A DNA stretch of 64,000 bases from Bacteroidales bacterium (GTDB lineage Bacteria; Bacteroidota; Bacteroidia; Bacteroidales; P3), in contig JAFVBC010000008.1 of NCBI GenBank assembly GCA_017480185.1, positions 114,889 through 178,888 on the forward strand, read 5' to 3'. Shown one piece after another: positions 9,055 through 22,100 of this stretch. Numbering within the stretch: the first letter of the stretch is position 1; every line of letters starts with the position of its first letter. The notes under the pieces were generated by a model. The model was given only the letters and a program-made list of their open reading frames with translations. It was not told where the DNA came from and made no database searches. The position numbers were made by a program, and so were the translations under genes.

Positions 9055-9741
9055 ATGGAACTGAAGAAAAATCCGAAAGCCGACCTTGAAAAACGTCGAG
9101 GCTTGTACCTCGAAATAGGGTTGGTGGTGATTTTGGGTATTTCGCTCATCGCGCTTGAGATTAAGAACTACGACGAAGAGACTATTGTGGTGGAACAGCG
9201 TACTGCCGTTGACGAAATTGAAGACGTGGTGATCCAAACCGATGTTCAAGAAACTCCGCCGCCACCTCCACCAGAAGCTCCAGAGGTTACTACCGAGTTT
9301 GAAATTGTGGACGACGAAGCCGAGATTCAGAATGAGTTGCACGTTGATGCCGAGGTGAAGGAAGACACTCGTAACGTGGAGATAGTGAAAGTTGAGGTGG
9401 AAGAAGAAGAGGAGGAGGTAGAGGAAGAAATTTTCCAAGTGGTGGAGAGCGCTCCAGAGTTCCCAGGTGGCGAAGGCGAGATGTACAAGTACTTTGCGCA
9501 GAACATTAAATACCCCTCTCTGGCTCGGGAAAATGGCATCACTGGTAGAGTGTATGTGACGTTTGTGGTTGAGAAGGATGGTAGCATAGCCAACCCCCGT
9601 GTGTTGCGTGACATTGGAGGCGGATGCGGTGCCGAGGCTGTGCGTGTGGTTAAATCGATGCCTAAATGGAATCCTGGAAAGCAACGTGGAAAAGCTGTGC
9701 GTGTGCAGTTTAACCTGCCTGTAAGCTTCCAGTTGCAGTAA
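9055..9741 (+). CDS. TonB-family energy transducer
   Basis: N-terminal TM helix LYLEIGLVVILGISLIAL. Pro-rich linker ETPPPPPPEAPE and a Glu-rich stretch. The TonB C-terminal domain reads APEFPGGEGEMYKYFAQNIKYPSLARENGITGRVYVTFVVEKDGSI...NLPVSF. The ORF-track start 9025 is TTG. The ATG at 9055 is preferred. Confidence 0.8.
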   Translation: MELKKNPKADLEKRRGLYLEIGLVVILGISLIALEIKNYDEETIVVEQRTAVDEIEDVVIQTDVQETPPPPPPEAPEVTTEFEIVDDEAEIQNELHVDAEVKEDTRNVEIVKVEVEEEEEEVEEEIFQVVESAPEFPGGEGEMYKYFAQNIKYPSLARENGITGRVYVTFVVEKDGSIANPRVLRDIGGGCGAEAVRVVKSMPKWNPGKQRGKAVRVQFNLPVSFQLQ

Positions 9742-9766
9742 ACAAGAATAACCAATTGTACCCCAA

Positions 9767-9801
9767 GAAGCAGAGACAGTAATTGTTTCTGCTTCTTTTT
9801 T
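9767..9801 (+). terminator. Rho-independent terminator after the tonB-like gene
   Basis: GAAGCAGAGACA-gtaat-TGTTTCTGCTTC, a 12-bp stem with one mismatch, followed by TTTTTT. Confidence 0.55.
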
Positions 9802-9871
9802 GAATGCTTTAATGGGGTGATTATCCGAGCCGATAGACTGGCGTGTGGATTGACAATGTAAGAAACGGAAG

Positions 9872-11797
9872 ATGATAAGTGTTAACAACCTGTCGGTGCA
9901 TTTCACGGGCACCGATCTGTTTTCTAACGTTACGTTTAATATCTCCGACCATGAAAGGATCGGATTGGTGGGGATGAATGGCAGTGGGAAGTCGACACTG
10001 TTGAAGATATTGTGTGGAGCGCAAGAGGCGGAAAGTGGCACGGTGGTGGTTGCATCGGGGCAGACGGTGGGCTATCTGCCACAGGAGATGCTACCAGATG
10101 CGGTGGGAACGGTGATTGAAGAGACGATGACTGCATTTAGGCAAATTGACGTTATTGAAGCCGAACTGGAACGCACCACCAACGAGATTGCGCAAAGAGA
10201 CGACTATCACACGGCCGAGTACATGAGGTTGTTGGAACATCATAATGACCTTTCTGAACGCCTTAACATACTTGGAGGCAACAAACGCCGTGAAGCTGCC
10301 GAGAAAATATTGTTGGGACTGGGGTTTAAGCACGAAGAGTTTGAAAGACGGGTGGCAGAATTTAGCGGTGGATGGCAGATGCGAGTGGAGTTGGCTAAAC
10401 TGCTTTTGAAGCATCCCGACTTTTTGCTGCTTGACGAACCTACGAACCATCTTGATATTGAGTCGATAATATGGTTGGAGAATTATCTGACGACATATAG
10501 CGGTGCGGTGGTGCTGGTGAGCCACGATAGGACTTTTCTTGACAATATAACCAAGCGAACCATAGAGATTACGGCAGGACGGATATACGACTATAGATGT
10601 TCATATTCCGACTATGTGGTGCAGATGCAAGAACGCAGAGCCTCGCAGATGGCACAGCTGACGAGTCAGCAACGACAGATTGCACAGATTGAGGCTTTTA
10701 TTGAGAGGTTTAGATACAAGGCAACAAAGTCGAAACAGGTGCAGAGCCGAGTGAAGATGCTGGAAAAGATGGAAATGATCGAGGTGGATGAGGTGTCGTC
10801 GGAAAGCATTCATTTTAGGTTTCCACCAGCTCCACACAGTGGCAAGATTGTGGTTGAAACAAAGGGCTTGGGTAAAAAGTATGGCGAACATGTGGTGTTT
10901 GACGGAGTTGATATGCTCGTAACGTCGGGACAAAAGATTGCTTTTGTGGGAAGAAATGGAGAAGGGAAGTCGACCATGGCAAAGATTATTGTGGGCGAGA
11001 TTGCCGATTACGAGGGCTCGTTTAGGCTCGGGCAGGGAGTGGTGTTGGGCTATTATGCCCAAAATCAGGCTGCTATGCTCGACTTGAACAAGACGGTTTT
11101 TGAAACTATAGACGATGTGGCGCAGGGCGACATTCGTCCTAAAATTAGAAATATACTGGGCAGTTTCCTTTTCTCGAATGAGGATATAGACAAGAAGGTA
11201 CGTGTGTTGTCGGGCGGCGAGAAAGCGAGATTGGCTTTGGCAAAGTTGCTCCTTACGCCATCGAACTTGCTTATACTTGACGAGCCTACAAACCATCTTG
11301 ACATGAACTCGAAAGATGTGTTGAAGAATGCTCTGTTACAATACAGCGGTACGCTAATTGTGGTGAGCCACGACCGCGATTTTTTGCAGGGGTTGAGTGA
11401 GGACTTATTCGAATTTAGAAATGGTGGTGTGCATGAGTTTAAGGGCGATATGACCGAGTTTGTGGAGTGGAGAAGAAAAAGTGTAGCTGAGGAAGAGGCA
11501 ATGTCGGACGCAAAAGCCAGGACGACTGTGCGACAAGAAGCCTCGGAAGGGAAGCGTGCGTATGAGCGAAGTAAGGAAGAAGAACGCGAGCGTCGCCGTT
11601 TGCAGAATATTGTTGACAAGAAGGAAAAAGAGATTGAACAGGCAGAGGAAATCTTGCAACAAATGGAGAAAGAGTTGAGCGATAAGCCTCAACAAGAGCA
11701 CTCGTTCTTTGAAAGATATAATAAACTGAAAGAGAACTTGGCTGTGCTGATGAATGAGTGGGAAGAGGCTGTCATTGCAGTTGAGGAGCGAGTGTAG
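9872..11797 (+). CDS. ABC-F family ATPase (Uup/YheS/EttA-like), two ABC cassettes, no TM domain
   Basis: 641 aa with two Walker A motifs, GMNGSGKST and GRNGEGKST, and two LSGG signature motifs. A charged coiled-coil C-terminal tail follows. Confidence 0.85.
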   Translation: MISVNNLSVHFTGTDLFSNVTFNISDHERIGLVGMNGSGKSTLLKILCGAQEAESGTVVVASGQTVGYLPQEMLPDAVGTVIEETMTAFRQIDVIEAELERTTNEIAQRDDYHTAEYMRLLEHHNDLSERLNILGGNKRREAAEKILLGLGFKHEEFERRVAEFSGGWQMRVELAKLLLKHPDFLLLDEPTNHLDIESIIWLENYLTTYSGAVVLVSHDRTFLDNITKRTIEITAGRIYDYRCSYSDYVVQMQERRASQMAQLTSQQRQIAQIEAFIERFRYKATKSKQVQSRVKMLEKMEMIEVDEVSSESIHFRFPPAPHSGKIVVETKGLGKKYGEHVVFDGVDMLVTSGQKIAFVGRNGEGKSTMAKIIVGEIADYEGSFRLGQGVVLGYYAQNQAAMLDLNKTVFETIDDVAQGDIRPKIRNILGSFLFSNEDIDKKVRVLSGGEKARLALAKLLLTPSNLLILDEPTNHLDMNSKDVLKNALLQYSGTLIVVSHDRDFLQGLSEDLFEFRNGGVHEFKGDMTEFVEWRRKSVAEEEAMSDAKARTTVRQEASEGKRAYERSKEEERERRRLQNIVDKKEKEIEQAEEILQQMEKELSDKPQQEHSFFERYNKLKENLAVLMNEWEEAVIAVEERV

Positions 11798-13109
11798 CCT
11801 TGAGCGCTTGTTTGGTTGAGGGGGTGATGCGATAGCGATGGTCGATGCGCAAACCTACAACCCACAGAATGTGGTCGTTGTTGTCGGTGAGTACGCACAC
11901 ACGCTGTTTCTCAATTGGATTTAGTTTTAGGTCTTTAAGAAAATCGCTAACCAGTCGTTGGTGGTGCATGCCAAACGGTTGGAATTTGTCAGCAGCTCGC
12001 CATCTTCTTATGCGACACGGCATGGCAAAGGTTGAGATGTCGAGATAGGCGACAGCGCTTTTCTTTATTTCTTCGGTAGACTGGATGTCGGTTGCGTTTA
12101 TTGTGTCGAAAAGAATGTTGGGTGAGGTCTCGTTCTGTGAAGGCGAGATGATAAACTGGTTTTTATCAATGGCTAAGGTGTGGGTGGGGGAGAGGAATTG
12201 CTTACCTTTTGTGGTAGAGCAGTTGTTGAGAATGTCTGAAACTATACTGCTATTGAATCCATAGGGGCGGATGAGTTCGAAAAGAAGAGTGTTTGGAGAG
12301 GGAGATTCAATGATTGGCGCAATGGGAAGAAGGGTGTAGCATTCACCGTAAAGTCCGATTATTGAGGATGTAAGTGTTTGTCTGAGTTGTGAGATGTGCT
12401 GTGTGTAGATTTTTTCAATCTCGGAAAGTCGCTGGATGTTTGCCTGCATCGTGTTGTCGATGGCTGGGTAGAGCTCGCGCAAAAGAGGCATTAGGAGATG
12501 TCTGATTTGGTTACGTCGGCTATCGAGTTCGGCATTGGTTAAGTCCTCATCGAAGGGGATATTGTGAGCCTCAATGTAGTGTGTTATCTCGTCTCTACTA
12601 AAACAGAGCATCGGGCGAATTAAGCGATAAGAACCATGAGCGGAGGAGTGGTGAGAAGTGGGGAGTATTCCATGTAGACCACTGATGCCTGTGCCACGGA
12701 AAAGGTTGAGGAAAAATGTTTCGCAGGAGTCGTCTTTGTGGTGGGCGGTGGCTACGCATGTGTAGCCATGTGTCTGACAGAGTGAGCCGAAATAGTTGTA
12801 CCGTAGGTCGCGTGCCGCTTCTTCAATAGAAAGATGATTGTCGGATGCATACTGACGGGTTGGGAAGACGACGGTGTGGAATGGAACATGGAGCGATTGT
12901 GCAAGATCTTTGACATGTGCTTGTTCAATATCACAAGCCCCAGGACGCAACTGGAAGTTGCAGTGTGCTATGGCGAAGTTGTGGTGGGTGAGACTAAAAA
13001 GGTGAGCCATGGCAACGGAGTCGCGCCCTCCGCTAACGGCCAGCAGCACCTTGTCGTCTTCAGAGACAAGGTGCTGCTGGCGGATGTAGTCGGTGAATGT
13101 GTGCAACAT
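11772..13109 (-). CDS. tilS: tRNA(Ile)-lysidine synthetase
   Basis: 445 aa with the PP-loop LLAVSGGRDSVAMAHLF near the N-terminus. Its 3' end overlaps the convergent ABC-F gene by 26 nt. Its start ATG shares a base with the stop of the upstream giant gene. Confidence 0.85.
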   Translation of the reverse strand: MLHTFTDYIRQQHLVSEDDKVLLAVSGGRDSVAMAHLFSLTHHNFAIAHCNFQLRPGACDIEQAHVKDLAQSLHVPFHTVVFPTRQYASDNHLSIEEAARDLRYNYFGSLCQTHGYTCVATAHHKDDSCETFFLNLFRGTGISGLHGILPTSHHSSAHGSYRLIRPMLCFSRDEITHYIEAHNIPFDEDLTNAELDSRRNQIRHLLMPLLRELYPAIDNTMQANIQRLSEIEKIYTQHISQLRQTLTSSIIGLYGECYTLLPIAPIIESPSPNTLLFELIRPYGFNSSIVSDILNNCSTTKGKQFLSPTHTLAIDKNQFIISPSQNETSPNILFDTINATDIQSTEEIKKSAVAYLDISTFAMPCRIRRWRAADKFQPFGMHHQRLVSDFLKDLKLNPIEKQRVCVLTDNNDHILWVVGLRIDHRYRITPSTKQALKATLAPQLQ

Positions 13110-16100
13110 TATCGCAGAATCATCTTTTTCATTTTCTTGTCGCCGTCTACCTCGATACCATAGTAGTATATTCCAGTAGGATAACTGTCCATATTGATGG
13201 TTATGGCATGGTCGCCAGCTGGGTAGAACTGGTTGCTCTCGTAGACCTTCTTACCCATTATATCCATAATAAACAGGCTGACGTTGGCCGAGTTGGGGAT
13301 GGAGAATGGTATCACTGTGTTGTTTGAGAATGGGTTGGGATAGTTTTGCCCAAGGTCAAGTTCGGAGGTGGATAGGGTGGGTACTCCTTCGACATAGTTC
13401 ACCACTTCAACCACAGAAGTTTGATTGTTATCGGTGTTCATCACGTCGATGGCCAAAATGAAACGTCCAGTGCCGATGTACCTGCGTAGCGGACTCTTTT
13501 CTATCTTGGTGGGGAACTGTAGTGTGGCACTTTGACCAGGATCAATCTGGCGGCGGATGTTGTAGGAAAGATTGGTGCCATTGACAGTGCCACGAAGCTG
13601 CAGTGTTCGAGTGGAGTCGAGCGCAAGGTTGCCGACATTGGTTACTTTGATAAACACACGGCAGTCGGGGTTGGCGTTTTCTTCAACAATTACCTTGTCT
13701 ACGGCAAGGTCGAAGTATTGCTCAACCACACGGTTTGTAGTGTCGTTGCTACGGTCGTTGTCGTTGTTTATGTGAACATATCCACTCAATGTGCGGTATC
13801 CAGTTGAGCGCATGGGAAGAACGACATTGAAGAGGTGCGAGGCTGTGGAAAGAGCAGGTATTGGAAGATCTCGATAGTATGTCTCTCGAACCATTGTTGT
13901 TGTATCATTATCGATCCAGAATCCAACATCGAAGTTGTTGGCACCACGAGCGCCTCTGTTTTCGATTATGAGTTCGAATTGTACGGTTCCGTGTTTCGAG
14001 GAGTCGGCTATGACACCGGCTGCAGCAATATCCATGATGGATGATATGCCGTTGATACGGTGTGTGATAGTGTCGTTGTAGATGTAGTCGTTGGAGTCGC
14101 TCTTGATGAATGCTGTTAAATCCATCATACCCATTGATGCTCTGAACTTCTTGCGGAATGTGTAGTTGAAGAATTCCATTGATTCAAGTGGACGACCAAG
14201 CATCTGATTGAAGTCTATGATTTCGACCGCACGGTCTCTGCCGTTGAAATCGAGTGTGGCTGTTGCTGTGGGAATTTCGCTTAAACCGAAGTTTCTTATT
14301 AGAATAGAGACTGCTACTTGAGTGTCGCCAGCGATGACTCGTTCAAGGGGTTGGACGAAATTGATGGCGGCAATGTCGTGATCAAGTGGCGCAATCATAA
14401 ATGTCTGTCTAAGTGTGTCGTTGTCCCAGTAGATGTCAAGAGGTTGCTGGGTAAAGGCTTCGATCTCAAACTCGGTTGGGAAATCGCTTGTTACGAGGAA
14501 TGGCGTAGTGAACGAGAACGTGTCGGTTGCGCCGGGGGCAATGTTGCATGTTATTTCGTTGATCTTTGCCAGATTTGCTCCGTAGTGAGTGTAGCCTATC
14601 TGCATGTTTCGAACGGTGTCATATCCATAGTTCTTCACAACTACTTGAGGATAGAGCTGCTCTCCAAAGCGTGGGTATTGAGGTTGTGTTATTGCTATCA
14701 CTCCCACGTCAATGGCACGTTGAGCACGGCCAATGTAGAAGTTGTCGAGAGCGCAACCATCACCGAAACTGGAGCCGGTGGATGAGCCTTCGGGTGTACG
14801 ATAAACAAATCGGAATTGCAACTTCTCTGGGAACTCAGAACTTATGTGGTTTGTAGTAGTTCGCATCCAGTAGCGGTTGTAGGTATAACCAGATGATGTG
14901 CCATCAAATACCATGTTTTCTTCATTGTTGTAGAAGGTAACCATTGAGTCGTGTTGCAGTTTTGTCCAGTGTCCTTGATAGTTTAGGTATTCAAGGTGTA
15001 GTGTGCTGTTGTTTACCAAATTGCGGAGAAGACGGAATATGATGGTGTCTGGACGGACCTGAGATATGTCAATTATTGGGCTATATAGGTAACTTGCATT
15101 ACCTCGTTTGCCTGATACAATTGGGTTGGCAAGGTCGGTAACCCATGCGTTGGGAGCAGAGTAGGCACTATAGATGACACTCTTGTGGGGCGCTCCCAGT
15201 TGCCAGTAGTTTTTAGTGTAGGCATTGCGCCCTGAAGGAGCATACCAGTAGTTGAGCGAGTCGAACATCTCGTTCATACGAAGGGTAACGGAATGGAATC
15301 GGACGTACTCGTACTCAATGTGATTGTTGGCCGTGTCGGAGTCATTGGGATAGGAGTGGAAAATCTGGACCTTGGTAACTCCGTAGGGGAAGTGGAAGTA
15401 GGGTAGGGTGATGACCATACCAGAATTCGATGCGAGATTGCCAGTCCATGTGCGGCGTACGAATTGCGAAGAGTCGGGATTGTCTGCCTCAAACATACAC
15501 ATGTATTCAAATTCGTTTACTGGTTGAGTACCTTTGTTGTATACGTAGAACGATACCGATGCAGAATCGTCATCAGGAATAGAGAACTTGCGTGGGGAGA
15601 CTATTCGAGTGAATGCCAGGTCTGTGCTCACGGCTTCTTTGTCAACAAATAGGAGGAAGTCTATGGCATGTCCGGAACCACTTGTTGGGCACCCTGTAGA
15701 CTCGGAGGCTCCTTCTGGTTGCACAATGACTCTCATGCGCATGTATCCATACGATGCATTGTTGGGAATGGTCAGTCGGGTGGCAAGTTTTTGTTCTGTT
15801 GCAATTACCGTGGTGGGAGAAATCACACGTTCGGTAGCATCGAAGTTTCCGGAACGATCAAGATCTATGAATACGGATATATCACCAGCTATGGGTGAAT
15901 ATATGTCGTTGATGTTGTTCAACTCCACTATTAACGAGTCTGTCATGCCGCGAGTTACGTGGAGAACTCGTTCTTCGGGATTGGGATAGTCGGCAAGGTC
16001 GGTATAGGTTCGTCCTATGCTTGAAATGTCAAAGTCTATACAGTTGAAAGATACTCGGCTAATGTCTAACATGCCTGGTTCGAAATTGCTGCCAGGCACG

Positions 16101-19100
16101 CACAGCGCTGCACTGGGAGATATGGAAGTGAACCCATACTGTTGCCCCGGATCTGTATTGCCTCCATTGTAAGGCATTCTTAAAGTGTCGTTTCGTCTAA
16201 CATCATCGTTGGCAAGGTCAGTCCACACTTTCAATGTATAGGCTTGTGCTGTAGTGGGCGAGTTGGTCATTAAAAGAGAGTCGAATGTGTAAATAACCGT
16301 TTGCCCTGGTTGTATGCTGCCTGGGTATGTTTCTGTGACTGTTTGTAGAACGGCGTTGTTGCGACGTAGTTGATAAGCCAGTGGGAAGTTGGATTGTGTC
16401 TGTGTACCGTAGTTGATAATTCTTAAGCGTACAGTGTCGTTTTGCATATAAACCCTGTTGCCGAGAGGTGCAATTATAGCCTCAACGCTCAAATCATTCG
16501 GCATTGGAGGAGCTACGGATACTCTTACAGGGGAGAATTTACTTGTACAGTTTTTCGCGCTTATACAGTTGAGATAGTACACAGAGTCGTGGAAGAATTG
16601 AGGCGTATTATTCCACCATCTTGATGTATTATAGTTGGCGTTTGTATAGAATGGATTTGAAAGGGTGTCTCTATACCATCTCACAGCAAGTGGAGTGCTG
16701 GGTAGGTTGTCTTGTGAAGAACGAACTCTTCCCCATGTTCCGTATGCAAAAGTTGTGTCAAATCCGTGTGGCGGGTTAGGTGTGTAGAATGCATCTACGA
16801 TGGGAGATGATGTTTGGGAGAGAGTTGTAGCATTGTTGTCGGTGAGAATATCGTAGAGATGTTTGCACCAACCATCAACACGTACCTTAATGTTGAGTAA
16901 GGTGTCTGTAGGATAAAGATTAGCTTTTCGTACAAACTCAAACACTTTTGTTTCATTCTCGATTATTGGCTCTGTCAGGATTATTGTTTCCTCAACGGTG
17001 TCAATCATGGTCCGAATGTTTATTTTGTTAGCGTTTAAGTTGGTTGTAGCACATGATGGGTAGTAACCTTGTGTATGGTACCCGATACGTATAGAGTCAC
17101 CAGGCAGGAATTGCTTGAACCCAACATTCTTTAGGGTTATCTGAATAACCGCCTCCTCTAAATTACAACCGGAGGGAACTATCATTCTTGTAGCCTCAAG
17201 GTTGTATGCAGGAGCCAAGTAAACAGGAGTCTTCATGTAGTTGTCTTCCATGTTATCATCTTCTCCGATAATCACTTCTACATGAATCATGTGAGTATCT
17301 ATTATCCCAAGAGGTGATGGAACAAGAATAGAGTCCATAAACAACTCTCCAGCAGGAACATTATACAGTGTTTTTGTGATGCTTTGGGATATCCTTGCTC
17401 CAGTTGTGTCTCTATAGTTGGTCATGTATGCGTACCACTGCACGGTACTCTCCATAGAGTTGCCGTTGTTGTAGAATAGCACTTTTACAAGGATGGAATC
17501 AGATTCAATATTAAGAGGGTTATTCCTATTTTCTGGCATCTTCGGCGATTCAATCTTGACAATTGTCATGTCGTGTGCATTACGTTGCATCTCGTGTGCA
17601 CCTATTGTTGGCGCCGGGATTTGGGGGCGAGTATTACCATCAATGTCATCTATAACATCTGGGTTATATTGCGCTTTTGTAACAAAGTTGGTCATAACCA
17701 GATGCAGGTTGGTATCATTCACAAAGTAAGGCGCTTCTTCAAGCGACCGAATATCCATGTTGTTTCTAGTTTGCAGAGTATCCAGGTTGTTGATGAATTG
17801 GCTATTCCATAATGCTAATACATTGCCTTCAGTGTAGTATGCGTTGTAGTTTGATGTGGTGATACCTTCACCATTACGAACATCATAGGCAAATCCCGAA
17901 CCGTAGTTTGCCAAGATATTATTCATAATAATTAGGTGAGAGTTTGTTGCACCTGAATACAGAGAACTCGACATCGTGTTATACTGATTGGCTCCAGTTG
18001 CGTTTATTCTTACTGTGTTGAAGCAAATATTAACGTAGGCACTGCTGGAATCAATCCTGATGCCATTTGGCTGCTCTGAAAGGTTTTGGGCTGGATTGCA
18101 GTTGTGTTGGCAGGAAATCATGTTGTTGGAAACTCTTCCCCATTGTTGATTGATACCAACAATGTTGGAAAGTTTTATGCCGCTTTTACCTCCGTTCATA
18201 GCATCTATTAGGTAAATCTGATTCTTGGATATTAAGAATTTACCTGTTGTATTGGCAATATATACACCAGCTAAATTTCTATTGCTGCGTATCATGCCAG
18301 ACGTTATATAGTTGCCACTAATTTCTAATCCAGAAAGTCCTCTCAGGTTAATACCGTGGAAAGTGAAGTTTTGAAGAGTGTTGTTGGATATGGTTATGTT
18401 TTGGTAGTTTTGAATAGCCCCTGCATGGTGAATGGAGTAGTAACCACTGTCAATCACATTGTTCTCCACGTTGAGTTTTGATACATTCCCATTCAGGACA
18501 ATGCACGATGAGTTAAAGTTGTCTAATGTTCCTTTGACTGTAAGATGGCTATTTCTTACTACAATATTGGACGCATTTTGTATGACGAGGACATCTCCAA
18601 ACTGTACTGTTGGTGGACGAGAAACCAAATGAAGCCTATCTAATATCACATTAGATGCACCATTAAGTTTCAGCACGTAATTATTGGCTTGTGTTGTGGC
18701 TACACGCAAGAATACGCTATCGTTTTCCCCATGGAAAGTGAGAGTATTGTTTGTAGACGACCCCTCAATATTTCCAAGATAGATTTGCTCGGTGTATACT
18801 CCAGGACGAATATCAATTCTGACAGGACCTGCTATACCGACAACATTTAATGTATCAATGAGTTTGGAGAATCTATCAAAGTCTGGTGTCTGTCCGCCAA
18901 CGGTATAGACACCACCGCAGAACCTAACTTTGAACAAACGGCTTAACGTGTCGTTATTGTGAACATCGTCGTTTTCGGCAATTACGTATGCGTGCACAAA
19001 GTGTCTACCTGGTTCAAGCGGCAGCGAAAATAAGGGTAACGTAACGGAGTCTCCACCATGTAATACATTTGTATAAGCTATAGTATCTTTTCGGGCAGCA

Positions 19101-22100
19101 TTATCAACGTAGTAAACAATTTTTGCATTGTTTAGATTGCCAAGGCCAAGGTTACTGATAGTTATAGGTAAGGACACGTTTCCACATGAAGCGTAGGTGG
19201 CGGTGTCATACCCATTGGGCCATGAAATACAAGCGTCAATTTGTGGTGTACCAATAGGCGTGATGCGTATGTTAGTACGAGGGCCTTCGCATGCATAGTC
19301 CGTACCTGTTAATCTAATGTCGGGACGTTTATCAGATTGGGGTAGACCATTGCTAACATACCCTAATAGTGATGGGCTCACGCTATTGTTCGTTGCAATG
19401 TATAGAACACTATTTGCCCTTGTATTGTAGGTAGACTGTATGCCAGATGTTATTGCAGCGGTGTTTTGCATTGCCACTTGAACAACAACGTTGCTCGTAC
19501 CATCCCAAATTATAGGTGTGTCAAATTCGTGTTTTACCCACTTATGATTGTTCCTCTTGTAAAATCTCAAGTTGCTTCTGTACATGACTTGACTTACAGG
19601 TTTCCATGAGTTTCTTGCTGCGAAAAAGGTATCGGTAGTAAGCCCCATGTGTATATAGAAGTCTGCGACTGTTATTGAGTCAATTCGAGTGACCACATTC
19701 ACATCACATAGCGAGTCTTGATAGAATGCCACCGCACTAATTGGCCCGGGCTGTAACCCCATGGCAGTCAGTTCGGCAGCTGTGTATATATATTGTTGTT
19801 TGCTTAATTTATTATAGGTTTGAAACGCAGAAGGGTATTCAGTCTTGGTCGTTTTAGTTTGAGTGTTTCCAAGTTGTTTCTCAGACTTAGTCATCGCCAT
19901 ATAACTCACACCAATCGTTCCCTCGGTATATCTGTTTCCTGTTATAAATGTATACCCAGTGTCAGAGACATTTCCGTCGAAATTATACCATAGAGGCATT
20001 GCATTAGAAGGTGCTGTTATTGTTATTGTATCAGATGTGCCATAGTTTATGGTGCGGTTCGTTGTTACTACAGGTGCCGATGGTGTGAAGTTTACAAACG
20101 TAGAGCCCGATGTCGTGTCGTTTTCTGGTCTATGGTCGTCGGCTACGTTCGAAGACCACACTTTGACAAAGAATGTGCTATCGTATGACACATTCATGTT
20201 TAGCTTGGTATTGAACGTATATATTAAACTATCTCCAGCAGCAATGGGTGTAGTTACAAGTTCACTGACTGTAGCCCCACCTCCATTGTAGTTTAGGGTA
20301 TATCTATTCACCGTAACAGTACCGTAGTTATGAACGGTTACGGTTATGTCTTCAAGCCCCAGACCACAGCCTGTGGGCAACTGCAAATTATCAAGTTCAA
20401 GATCGGTACTGGGGGCTCGTGTTACAACCACATGTGCCGTCCCTTTGTCTCCAGGACAGCCATTGCCGGTAAACATCATAATGCTTGAGTCAACCTCGCC
20501 CAGTGTCATTCTTCGTTCGTTCGAGGCTGCAACCCAGTCAGTAGAGTCGCCGTTAAACGCCACGCGAATGAAACCACTCACATACGAACTGGTTATGGGA
20601 ACTCCTTGAGACCCCCATACATAACTTGGAATATTCAAATCCGCCCATTTAAGTGGTAAGGCCGAGCCAGCCGTCACCAAGTCTTTGAATGCTACAGCAT
20701 CCTCAATTACTCCTTCACGGCGGTAAACAAACCCCAAATTATTATTGTCGGCCATAACCAGTGTCGCTCCGGCATATATGGTTTTTTCTGGATTTACTGG
20801 TGTAGACGCGGACGGAACCAAGTATTGTACCGTCATAGACTGCCCAGGTTGTAGAGTTATGCCAGTAAAACCACATATCTTATTGTTGAGCAATGATGAT
20901 GTTGAAATGGTTTGTAGCGTATCGCGAGTAAGATTTGCTGGAGCATCACCCACATTGGTAATTTGGGCAACAACTCTCACACTTGAAGCCAACCAATCGG
21001 GATATGGTTCGGTAAGACCGACGTAGGAAGTACCTACTCCTCTAAACAATTGTATTTGGGTCAGTCTTACAACAGGCACCTGGCGTCTTTGCTCCATGAA
21101 GAAGTCTTGCGTTACGCGCAAAGGATCGGTAATAAGAGTGTCGCCTATATGCATTGGCACAGTGTCTGTTATGTTTCTGTACCAGTACAATGTTGAACGT
21201 TTCTTTGGTGCTGTTGGATCACTATATACGGCCCACATGTTAATGCCAGCGGTGGGAACAATCGTATCTCTTTCAAAGTATTCAACGCTCGACTCTATTC
21301 TTGTGGGTGCAGTGGCATGATAGCGACTGATCACAGCCAAATCCATCGTGTCGTTTGTCTTGTTGGGATCGCTGGTCGAAGAAACCCAAATACGCATAGC
21401 GTAGGTGCTGTCTTTAAGGCCATTGGGAGGCATTGTTAAGCGTATGCCTGTATTTATGTTGACTGTGTCGTCAGAGTTAATTGTCTGCGTTACGGTAGCA
21501 TACTGTTCGGCATTGTTGTTTATTTTGCAGCCTATACGCAGCGTTGTACCACCGTAGGTATAGCGGTTACTACCAGTGTTGGCCACTTGTAAAATCAGTT
21601 CAGTGTTATTCTCTATTGCGCAGTTGTCTTCAAGTGGTTGCAGCAAAGCTATTGGCTCAAAGTCATATTGCAAAGTGGCAAACTCAAATGCTCCAGCACA
21701 TGGCCGAGAGGCATCTCTCGCCGTGCCAAACATATCTGTCGTTACTTGTGAAATAGGAGTGGCCAACCCCTTTATGACGCGAATATATGTCCTCAAATCA
21801 ACGGGAGTTGAGTTTAAGAAACCAGGATTGGCAGATTGTGATGCATCATCTTCGGTTACTGCCGATTGCCATGCCGCCAAGTCGTCAAACGAAACACCTG
21901 TACGGCGGTTTAGAGTATATCCATTTGAGAAGTACAGGTTGTGATTAACCAAATTGCCATTATCGGCTGGGGCCAAGTAATTGAATGCATAGTTCACGTC
22001 GTCCATGCATGCGACTATGTTGTTCATAAAACGGCAGTTGGTCATCGTCCCTCCACCAAATGTAGCAGCTGCCGTACTTGTACGCTCTCGTGCTGTCAGT

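Noticed and set aside
9040-10041. 333-aa minus-strand ORF spanning tonB and the ABC-F start
   Set aside because: Overlaps two well-supported plus-strand genes and their intergenic terminator. The translation is low-complexity.
10601-11619. Two overlapping minus-strand ORFs (231 aa and 184 aa)
   Set aside because: Both are antisense to the ABC-F gene, whose Walker and signature motifs are intact.
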